Positions 52,907 to 64,000 of a DNA stretch of 64,000 nucleotides are shown piece after piece (positions within the stretch are counted from its first letter, which is position 1; each line of letters begins with the position of its first letter). The translations under genes and the position numbers were made by a program. The DNA lies in assembly GCA_030390025.1 (NCBI GenBank), contig CM059432.1, forward strand, positions 128,466,001 to 128,530,000, written 5' to 3'. Source of the DNA: Squalus acanthias. Its lineage: Eukaryota. The notes below the pieces were generated by a model. That model ran no database searches, had not been told where the DNA came from, and worked only from the letters and a program-made list of their open reading frames with translations.

Positions 52907-52979
52907 ATGGGGAACCTTCTTAAAGTTTTGACATGCACAGATCTTGAGCAGGGGCCAAATTTTTTCCTTGACTTTGAAA
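52907..52979 (+). CDS. CYRIB: CYRI-B (FAM49B) canonical first coding exon B, encoding [24 protein letters not shown] plus 1 nt (exon 52897-52979)
   Basis: Strong polypyrimidine tract and CAG ending at 52896, 10 nt UTR, ATG at 52907. The peptide equals the mammalian CYRI-B N-terminus as I know it. Phase-1 donor GAAA|GTGAGA at 52980. Too short for the ORF track. Confidence 0.95.
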
Positions 52980-55371
52980 GTGAGAATGCTCTTTATTTTA
53001 TATTCTTTTTCTGCCTGCAGTAGACTGCATCCATTTTACATTGCACTTGTGTTTGATGCATGTTTAAATTGCTTTGCATGGTAAAGCTGAAAGGGCCAGC
53101 AATGTTAATTTTTTTTCCAATCTGGCTCAATCACTAAATTCTTGTAATTACATGATGGGTACTGAAATACATTGTGTAATAGATGTGAACTCAGATGTGG
53201 CTGACTGGGGAATGTGGAAGGATAAAAAGGTTCAGTTCTGTATAATTACGCATCAGAACTAATGTTCTGTACACAGTTAACTTTCCACCAACCTGTTTGA
53301 TCTGGACGTCTTTCCTTTTTGCAGATTTCTGATTACATTCACCGTTGAATGTTTTATTTAACTGATAATTTGTCTCATTTTGTTAATATGTAATAGGTTT
53401 AAACTTTGATTTGCTACACTACTATATAGAATGTTGTTGACCAATTTAAATCATTGGGCACTTAATAGACCTAAGTGCTAGACTTATGCTTGTGAAAGAG
53501 TTAAATTGTGCAAATTTTTTATACATGTTATACACTTTTCCATGTATTTTTGAATGGTTCAGTGTCCGTGTAAGAACGCGGAGAAGGAGAAAAGCCTTGG
53601 AATCTAATTTTTCGGGACATAATTAGGTCTTAACATATTGCCCAGTCAGTCTCATCTACCCATCTCTATTTGAATTAGCTTGGCTGGCATCTTTACTACT
53701 CCAGTTGCATGGCTTGCAGAAATGTACAAAGCATGCTGTACAAGGGTCTGAAATAAACCGTATTAAATAGTAGCTTTGGAGCACCATGCCTCCTTTTCCT
53801 GCTGTATGCTGATCTTTCTGAATATGAAGTGTTTCTTTGTGGTGTTTCTGAACATAGAGTGTATATTGGTGGCTGCATCTGCATGATAATTGCACCTACG
53901 TTAGAATATCACTTTATTAAATCTTATTGCAATGTGTCACTTCAGTACAGGCACCATGTAGTACACTTTGTAAAGGTAGTTTTGTATACACTTTGACTAC
54001 ACCCCACCATCCCTTCCAGGTCCCTAGTCTGTCAATGAGCCTACCTCTGTAAAAGCTATCTTTTGCTAAGTGAGGAAATTAAGCAAAAGACTTTTCCACT
54101 ATTCAGTGCCAACACAATTTTGTTTAGTTGCTGAGAATTGTACTTGCTGGCAGGATCAATTTTGTGTTTGACCTTACTTTGCTGCCATAAAGTGTGCTGC
54201 TGACAACTTGTTAAATCTCATCACAGTTGTAGCTGGCAACACTGGTATGTAACCTCACACCTACAGTTTACATGTATGTGCATACAAAAATACTGTGGAG
54301 AGGGTTGCTTTGGGGTTAATTACCTGACAACATTTAATGGCTGAAGCACTGGAGCAACATCTTTCCGTGACATGTCAGCTCCCAATATGTGTACAGGCAA
54401 ACTTCATTTTTAAGACCTTCCCTTCAAATCATTGACTGAAATAAGATGCTGTTTTGCCAGAGTGTGTTGGCCTGTAATTAATAGTGAAAAGAGCAATTTT
54501 CTAGAGGCCAGCATGGGACACTATCACCTAAGTCTTTAACTGCATGGTGCTTGTACTTCACTTTATTTTACTTCATCTGTGATTCTCTAAAAATTATTAT
54601 ATAATAATCTTGTGAACTGTAACCACTACGTTGCATGCTGACTGTGGATTTGTGTATATCATCTTTATTTGTTGCTGTGTTTAGGACTGGGATGAAGGAA
54701 AATTATGTTTATCTGTGCTTAAAAAAAAAAATGATAATTGTGTATCGATTGACATCACACTGAGCTGTATTTTCTACTCTGTGGTTACTGTTTTCTTCTG
54801 GCCTAAAACTAAAAAAAAAGTCAGGTTCTCTGGTTTTTCCCTACTGACAGTACCTACCAAATTTAAACATTATTTATCAATGGAACCTAAAGTGCTTTGC
54901 CAGCTATTTAGTGCAGTGTGTAGATAGGCTGAAGAAATAGTGACGTGCCATTCTCTTCTCCCCATCCCCTTCCCCAAGGATCTTGTTCTCAATTAATTCT
55001 CATCAAGACACACAGCAGATGCTGCCCCACTGAGGAGCAGTCTCTAGTTGAATAACTTTTGAGGGCGCCTCATATAAATATCACGGCAGTGAGAAACCTA
55101 GTCAATTTTCTCTTCTCTGTAATCGTTGGTGCCTCCGGATTGCCTCCTTCCCTGACCCTCTTGCTGATGCTAATGGGTAAAATTACATGTCACATTTATA
55201 TTACAGGATTACTTCAAGTAGAAGCATTGTTTGCTGGCGCTGTGAAATCCACCCCACTACTATGCAGGACAAATTCTATAGCAATGATGGCAACAGACAA
55301 TGTGTAGTTGTTCAGAAACACAATTCTTGACTAATTTCTCTGCACTTCAGACTTCCTTCAATGGCTGGGGA

Positions 55372-58300
55372 ACATAACATAAGAAATAGGAGTAGGCCAT
55401 TTGGCCCCTTGAGTAAGATCATGGCTGATCTCTACCTTAACTCCACTTTCCTGCACTATCCCCATATCCCTTGATTCGCTTAATATCCAAAAATCTATCG
55501 ATCTCTGTCTTGAATATACTCAACGACTGAGCCTCCACAGCCCTATGGGGTAGAGAATTCTAAAGATTCACCACCCTCTGAGTGAAGAAATTTCTCCTCA
55601 TCAGTCCTAAATGGCCGACCCCTTATTCTGAGACTGTGATCCCTGGTTCTAGACTCCCCAGCCAGGGGAAACATCCTCCCTGCATCTACCCTGTCAAGCC
55701 CTATAAGAATTTTATATCTTTCAATGAGATTTCCTCTCATTCTTCTAAACTCCAGAGAATATAGGCCTAGTCTACTCAATCTCTCCTCATAGGACAATCC
55801 CTCCATCCTAGGAATCAGGTGAACCTTCGTTGCACTCCCTCTATGGCAAGTATATCCTTCCTTAGGTAAGGAGACCAAAACTGTACATAATACTCCGGGT
55901 GTGGTCGCACCAGGTCCCTATATAATTGCAGTAAGACATCTTTACTCTTATATTCCAATCCTCTTGTAATAAAGGCCAACACACCATTTGCTTTCCTAAT
56001 TGCTTGCTGTACCTGCATGTTAGCTTTCAATGATTCGTGTACAAGGACACCCAGGTCCCTCTGAACACCAACATTTCCCAATCTCTCAGTATTTAAAAAA
56101 TACTCTGCTTTTCTATTTTTCCTACCAAAGTAGGTAACTTCACATTTCTCCACATTATATTCCATTTTCCATGTTCTTGTCCACTCACTTAGCTTGTCTA
56201 TATCCCCTTGAAGCCTCTGCATCTTCCTCACAATTTACATTCCCACCCAACTTTGTATCACCATCAAACTTGGATATGTTACATTTGGTCCCCTCATCCA
56301 GATCATTGATATAGATTGTGAATAGCTGAGGCCCAAGCACTGATCCTTGCGGAACCCCACTAGTTACAGCCTACCAACCCGAAAATGACCTGTTTATTCC
56401 TACTCTCTGTTTTCTGTCCGTTAACCAATCCTCAATCCATGCTAGTATATTACCCCCAATCCCATGAGCCCTAATTTTGTTTAATAACCTCTTGTGTGGC
56501 ACCTTATCAAATACCTTCTGAAAATCCAAATACACCACATCCACTGGTTCCCCCTTATCTATTCTGCTAGTTACAACCTCAAAAAACTCCAACAGATTTG
56601 TCAAACACGATTTCCCTTTCATCAATCCGTGTTGACTCTGCCCAATCCCATTATTATTTTCTAAGTGCCCTATTACCACATCCTTAATAATAGATTCTAG
56701 CATTTTCCCTACTACTGATGTCAGGCTAACTGGTCTGTAGTTCCCTGTTTTCTCTCTCCCTCCTTTCTTAAATAGTGGGGTTACATTTGCTACCTTCCAA
56801 TCCGCAGGAACCGTTCTAGAATCTATGGAATTTTGGAAAATGACAACCAATGCATCCACCATCTCTATAGCCACCTCTTTCAAAACCCAAGGATGTGAGC
56901 CATCAGGTCCAGGGGATTTATCGGCTTTCAGTCCCATTAATTTCCTCGTGTACTATTTTTTTTATTAATACTAATTTATTTCAGTTCCTCATTCTCACCT
57001 AGACCTTTGGTTCTCCACTATTTCCGGGAAGTTTTTTGCGTCTTCTTCCATGAAGACAGATACAAAGCATTTGTTTAATTTTTTTGCCATTTCCTTATTC
57101 CCCATTATAATTTCTCCTGTCTCAGCCTTTAAGGGACCCACACTTTTGCTAATCTTTTCCTTTTTACATACCTATAGAAGCTTTTGCAGTCTGTTTTTAT
57201 GTCTCTCGCTAGTTTACTCTTTCTATTTTCCCTTTATTAATTGTTTGGTCCTCCTTTGCTGAATTCTAAAATCCTCCCAATCCTCAGACTTACTACTCTT
57301 TTTGGCAACATTATAAGCCACTTCCTTTGATCTAATACTATCTTTAACTTCTTTTGTTAGCCACGGTTGGACCACTTTTCCTGTGGGGTTTTTGTGCCTT
57401 AAAGGAATGTATATTTGTTATAAATTATGTATTAAATCTTTAACTGCTAGCCATTGCTTCTCTACCATCCTACCTTTTAATGTAGTTTCCCAATCTACCT
57501 TAGCCAACTCGCCCCTCATACCAACATAGTTTGCTTTGTTTAGATTTAAGACCCTAGTTTCGGATTTAACGAAATCACTTTCAAACTCAATATAAAATTC
57601 GATCATATTATGGTCACTCTTCCCTAAAGGCTCCTTTACTACAAGGTTATTAATTAACCCTTTGTTGTTGCACAATACTAGATCTAAAATAGCCTGTTCC
57701 CTAGTTGGTTCCTCAACATACTGATCGACAAAACTATCTTGCGTACATTCCATGAATTCGTCCTCCACACTATTACTGCAAATTTGGTTTGCCCAGTCTA
57801 TATGTAGATTAAAGTCCCCCATGATTACTTTATTACCCTTGTTACATGCGCCTCTAATTTCCTGATTTATACTCTGCCCTACATTACAACTACTGTTTGG
57901 GGGCCTATAAACAACTCCCACCAATGTTTTCTGCCCCTTGCTGTTTCTTAACTCCACCCAAACTGATTCTACTTCTTGATTTTCGGAGCTAAGATCCTTT
58001 CTCTCTACTGTCTTTATCCCATCCTTTTATTATCAGGGCTACCCCGCCTCCTTTTCCATTTTGCCTATCTCTTCTAAAAGTTATGTATCCTGGAATATTT
58101 TGTTCCCAACCTTGGCCACATTGCAACCACGTCTTTGTAATGGCTATTAGATCAAACCTATTAATTTCTATCTGTGCTATTAATTCATCTATTTTGTTGT
58201 GAATGCTTCGTGCATTCAGATAAAGTGCCTTTAGCTTTGACTTATTTCTATTTTTCCCTGATGTCACCTTAGTCACTGATGTCTTATTACCATTACTACC

Positions 58301-59630
58301 CTCTCTGTCCCTTCCTGACCCACTCTGTTTATTTTTACCCAAAACTCTACTCTGCTCTAGAACCTTGACATTTCTCTCGCTGCTTTTAAATTTACTCTTT
58401 CCTGAATCCTCCCGCCCACCCCCCCAGTAGTTTAAAGCCCTGTCTACTGCCCTAGTTATTCGGTTCGCCAGGACACTGGTTCCAGCCCGGTTTAAGTGGA
58501 GCAGCTCCCTCTTTCTCCAGTACTGGTGCCAGTGCCCCATGAACTGAAACCCCTTCCTCCCACACCACTCTTTGAGCCGCGCATTTAAACCTCTGATCTG
58601 TTTGTCACTGTGCCAATTTGTGCGTGGCTCAGGTAACAATCCAGAGATTATTACCCTTGAGGTTCTGCTTTTTAATTTGGATCCTAGCTCCTCAAACTCC
58701 CTCATTAGAACCTCATTCCTAGTTCTACCTATGTCGTTGATTCCTACCTGGACCACAACAACTGGGTCCTCCTCCTCCCACTCCAAGTTTTCCTCCAGCC
58801 ACGAGGAGATGTCTTTAACCCTGGCACCGGGCATGCAACACAACCTTCGGAACTGTCGGTCGCAGCTGCAGAGAACAGTATCTATCCCCCTGACTATACT
58901 GTCCCCTACCACAACTACCTTCCCTTTCACTCCCCCCCCCACTTGAATGGCCTCCTGCACCATGGTGCCATGGTCAGCCTGCTCATCCATCCTGCAGGCT
59001 TTTTCCTCATCCACACAGGCAGCAAGAACCTCATACCTGTTGGACAAGTGCAAAGGCTGAGGCTCCTCCAGCACTGCACCTGGGGTCCCCTTACCTGCCT
59101 GAGTTGCAGTCACACCCTCCTGTCCCTGACCACTAACCCGACCTGTACCACTACCTAACCTAAGGGGTGTGACTGCCTCCTGGATCAAAGTGTCCAGGTA
59201 ACTCTCCCCATCCCTGATGCCCCACAATGTCTGCACCTCAGACTCCAGCTCAAAAACTCTGAGCTGAAGTTCAAGATGCAGGCACTTACTGCAAACGTAG
59301 TTGTCCGGGATCACAATGCTCTCGACAAACCCCCACATGCTGCAGTTGCAGCTCACCACCTGCACTGCCATCCCTATATGACCTTGTTTCATTTAATTCA
59401 ATTTAATTCAATTTGTAATTAGGTAACTTAGTTTACAGTGTAGTTTCTTGACTACTTACTTGATCTAGATTAAGTTATGGGTACTGAAATTCAATATCTA
59501 CCTGTAACACAAAGCACTACAAGTAGTGTAGGCAAAAAGCAGCAACTCCTTCCCCCTCCAAGTTCCCACTCTTTCCAAATTCCCAAATAAAACACTGTTT
59601 AAGTACACTCCATTTTTATCCCGCTCTGTG
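55372..59630 (-). mobile_element. Near full-length CR1 LINE (5' UTR, ORF1, ORF2 EN-RT, 3' UTR), inactivated by frameshifts
   Basis: ORF1 lies in 57989-59392. EN motifs YRPP, MGDFN, LGKSDH (57418-57957). RT motifs KSPGPDG, NYRPVSLTS, YLDFQKVFDKVPH (56371-56937). 3' end as 13910-14690. Confidence 0.95.
57989..59392 (-). pseudogene. CR1 ORF1 (CxxC-CxxC zinc finger, coiled coil, SGNH/GDSL esterase) running in frame into the ORF2 endonuclease N-terminus
   Basis: CNCSMW...VCSKC, LELQLRVFELESEVQTL, VVVVGDSIVRG, QVGIND, then LYLNARSIHNKIDEL...IAITKTWL...GGGVAL. Confidence 0.85.
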
Positions 59631-62600
59631 CAGACCTATGAAGTTCCATGCAGGCCAGCAATTTGAAAATGCATTGGTTTGCCCATACAGGACACCATTC
59701 TGCATGCCTGTGGCCAGAAAAATGGGCAGCTAATACTACCAGGGATATCCTTTAAATTGCTTCTCTGGCTCTATTAGCATTGAAGTTGCAGGAAAGCACT
59801 ACCTCCGGAGGCAATAGTTTACCCTCACTTGCTTCACGGCACTGCCCCTACCAGGGCTGCTGTAAACCGGTATGCTGTAAGGAAAATGCACCTATAAGGC
59901 ATTTTACTGTTACTGGCAGGTTAAACCAACAATTTAGTCCCGTGATTAAATGGTGTCAATGATGCCATCAATTTGAGATTTGCAGGGACTGAGTAACTTT
60001 AAAAAGTTGATTTGATACATGCAAAAAATTAAATAAAACTCTGGGAGGCAAAATTATCACTTCTATATTTTGCTGGTTTGAAAGGTAATTATTTGTTTGA
60101 GTGTTAAAATTCCCATTGGGTAATACTCATTTAAAATATTTGTCTTATTATAAGCAGCTGATTCTATCTAAGTCAAAAGGGGCAAATGTGTTTAAAGTAT
60201 GATTAAGGCCTATTAGAAAAATTACTCACCAAACCATTGGAGTTTGGAGATTCATCTCATCCCTAACTAAGATCCATTATATATATATATATGTATGTAT
60301 GTATATAGTTTGCTTTCAGTGTTGTGCTGTGCTATTTGCTGCACTTCAGTAGATGAGGCTGGCTCATTAATCTACTAAATTTGCATTGTTTAAATAAGAT
60401 TCCTCCATGTCAACCAGTGAATAAGGAACACAAAATGATCTTTTTGCCCTTGTTCAGTGGAGATGAGAAGTTCTATTTATTTAATAGCTTTGTGCTTGTA
60501 GCAGATTGAAGCTTCACTGTGTTATTGTGATCATAAGTGCTTATAGCCCTTCTGCATGCTAAATGTATACTTCAGGTGCTTTATCCAATGATTGTACTTG
60601 CTTGCAGTAACCTGAAACCATCCATATTTACATTTTATACAACAAATTCAAACAGTATACATGGTTGTTCTGTTTTGTAGTCAAATAAATTATATGGGTC
60701 AATATCTGCTGCTATTCAGTGTTCTGTGTGCATCTATTCTACAGTCTTCTGCACTATTTCTGATCAGACGTTTTCAGTGAAAATGCCAAAGACTGTTGAT
60801 TATATTTGTGTACTTTAGTGTTCACAAAGCCAAAACATTTTGGCAAAATTTTTCATAGCGCTGAAAAACATGAAGCCTGCTGTTCCAATGGAGCTAACGT
60901 TTTCCCCACATTACTAAATACAAACCAGTTGTTACTAACCTTGATCAACAGCCCTATTGATTGTCCATGTTTTTGCCATTCATGTTATCTGTGTCCTTTT
61001 GTCTGCAACATTTGTTTTTTTTTAATTACAGGTGAATGTATTTGCATATCTCATTAACTGTGGGTTATAACTGATTCTTAATCCATTATTGTCTTCTACA
61101 TTTGTTCTGGATAAAATATTTGTCATAATTACAATTAAGTGTCTTCAGGTTATCCATGTGCTAGTTACAAGTTTGCATTATTGACCTCTGATAAATGTTT
61201 GATTCTGGTTTCTTATTTACAGATGAAATGATTGTTAAGTAATTGAAAAGCCATAAGAATATTGTTTTTACAGCACTGTCTGGTCAATGCTGATGTAGGT
61301 TTTCTTCGAAGGAGAAAAATCTAATCTGTTTTAATACAATTGGTGTTGTAAGTCTACAGTAACTGCTAATGGTCCAGTAGAATTCTTCAGAATGACTCTG
61401 AATTTATTAGATAGTGTCTAAGATTTATGTTTCGGCACATTACAAAATTGAAACCAGGTTACGTCACTAGAATATTTACATCAATAACTCGCACTTAGTT
61501 TGTTCAGTCTGACAACAATTTTGTTTGCGAAAAGTACACATTTTTTAACTTGATTTCGCTTTTTATGGAAGCTTCTTTGTGCCAATTCATAAGGGGGAAA
61601 GTAGTAAATGGTTTCTGTAATATATAGTAGCTTTAACTTTAGAAGTAGTGATTATTTTAAATCAAGTATTTTGGCAGGAGCACAGAAACCTGGAAGATAA
61701 CATAATTGATGCAATCTTGAGTCTCACAACTTGTTAAAATTGACATGTTTATAAAAGTCATATTAATAAACAATAGAGTCACAGATACTTAACAGTAGAT
61801 ATGTAAAGAACCAAATGTGTGGGCAAGTCAACGATTAAAGCTGCAGGCCCAAAAGTTCTTGCATCATTCTTACAAATATGGATAAGAGGTAAAGAAGCAA
61901 ATTTGTTCTAAGATTAATTTCTAGTAATATTTGTTCCAATGATACCGAACTTTTACGACACTTAGATTTGAGTTGGTCGATGTAGAATGAAAAATTCTAC
62001 CAAAAGTGGACTGGACCTCCCCAAAGGTCGGTCAGGTAGACTGGCCATTGTTCTCTATTTAAGCATCTTCTACACGCTGTAGGACTGAAGCCTAGCTTAA
62101 TTAGTTCTAGGAAAACCACATGCTTAGCATGCACAAAAACTTTGTCTTCATAAATGGGCACTGCTACATTTGTTCTTTTACTCCCACACCTTATAAAGCC
62201 CCAGGACCTACACCACTGCATCAGTTTAGTGTTCTCTATTCTTTGTGTTTCCAAAACTGGCCAGACTGTGTTTACTTTTTTCAGGTATTATTCAGGGAAT
62301 CCATGTCAGTTGCCAACCCTCCAGAACAGCCATCATAAATACAAAAAAAAATGAATCGACGCTGTTCGCAGGTTCAGAAGCGCTTTTTACAAGTTGTATG
62401 GCAACAATCAGCAACCAATCACATGCACTCGAGGACAATATAGAAAGCTGTAAAAAATAAGCAAAACAAATTAGTACAAACAAAGGCCACAATTGGAATT
62501 TTAACTATGAATAAAGTGTGTTCTCCCAGCTGGGCTGTTTTCATTCTGTATGTCTGCCTGCACTGATCCATGCAATATACTGTTTGTATCAAAGCAAACC

Positions 62601-64000
62601 AAATGCCTCCACAGTTAGGACAATACAACAATGCCAACTTCTGCCAAAGGCTTTAAAAACTCTAAAATGGAATGGCTTGCTCAATTGGTACATTTGATGC
62701 TTCTCACCAAAACATAATACTGCTGTTCACCTCATTTGTCTTGCATTCTGAAACTGCAGCTGTAAAGAGCAACTACACTGTATGTCCATCAATACTCAAC
62801 TCAAAATTGTCAAATGGGGAAAAACCCCAACACAGATGTTTGCTCTGGTTCAAAAATCTAATTTCTATGCATCTGGCTATCCCAAGACAAACCGGTGACC
62901 AAGCACCAGATAATTAAGTAGATAGTCGAGTGCATTCTGCATTGAAGTGCAGGGAACAGGTTAAATATTATTTCAACCATTCCATTGGTGCTTCCTGGGC
63001 ATCATTCAATCATATTCAGATTGATTAGGATTTGTAGGACTGCCTCATGGTTAGCTGTAATGTCAATTGGACTTGTACATGATGATAATACCTTTGGCAA
63101 ATAGATCCTGCCAACTGCTGAGGCGATTCCTCCTCTGGTGACCTCCCGCCTCATGAGCTGACACACTGGTAATATTCCTACAGTGTGGGAAGAATGCTTA
63201 AATAAAGATAAATAGATTACCTGCTTTGTACGATCATTCTCATTCTTTGAATGATGTGCATTCTCCTCACAGCACGCTTCAAACTAACCATCCCCTCAGG
63301 CCCTACTGGATCTAGTCTTTTGAGGATTAGGATTTTGCTAATCAGGCAGAAAATGAACTGCTGCAATGGTATGGGTCCTGGATTTTAGGACACAGAAGAA
63401 GACGACGATTAGTAGGGGGACTTTGCCTGCCTACAGTGCCATGGTGATATTTTTATGTGCAGGTTAAGCAAATGGTCTCCCCAGAACCAATCAAAGTTGG
63501 CGGAAGATGCAAATAATATGAGAAATTGGGAAGATCCTACAAAGTAGGCAATCTATCTTTTGCAGTCCCCTTATGCTGGGGACATGATTCAAGGCGTTTG
63601 AATGGGTTTACTATAATTCAGTAGGTAAAACAAAATGTTGAATCTCAAAACATGAACTATTCTGATTCCTAAATATAGTTCATCCCATTGGTAACTATGC
63701 AGAAGTTCTAGTGGCAGAACTTTGGTACTTCATTATTCCACTGGTCTGTTGCACTTTAGAATGATGCTTTTTGCATGTCTGAATTTCCTCTTCTACCTTC
63801 CCAAAAAGAAAAAAGCTGCTCAGAGCAATGGAATTTTGAACTTTGGCAGCTGTAATCATATAAGTTTTGTTGTATTTCTACTGGACCATCTGGTGCTGCA
63901 GAAAATTAAAAATAAGATCAAATGTTGGGTGGAATGAGTATGTTTTTTAAAAAAAACTTGAGATATGGAGTGCAATTCTTCCAACTTGTACTTAAAAAAA

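Noticed and set aside
52980..64000. Further CYRIB coding exons (expected N-AQPT...)
   Set aside because: I found no acceptor followed by AT GCN CAR CCN and no matching peptide by eye or in the ORF track. They are probably beyond the window.

Overview
Vertebrate genomic DNA, almost certainly from a cartilaginous fish (shark-type CR1, L2, Penelope and DeuSINE repeats). It is mostly intronic sequence of one + strand gene, CYRIB (FAM49B). The only host coding sequence I can support is a pair of tandem, identically built 83-nt start-codon exons, 52253-52335 (MGNLIKVLTRDIDHNASHFFLDFE) and 52897-52979 ([24 protein letters not shown]). These look like anciently duplicated, mutually exclusive N-terminal exons. 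I did not find the next CYRIB coding exon (N-AQPT...) in the window. The rest is layered transposon debris: a near full-length CR1 with esterase ORF1, 5'-truncated CR1 and L2 copies, two copies of another CR1-group LINE, tRNA-derived SINEs, Harbinger-like and hAT-like MITEs, and four Penelope-like inverted-repeat insertions with 10-16 bp target-site duplications and hammerhead-ribozyme-like cores. Repeat family names come from motif recognition, not database searches, and boundaries of old repeats are approximate.
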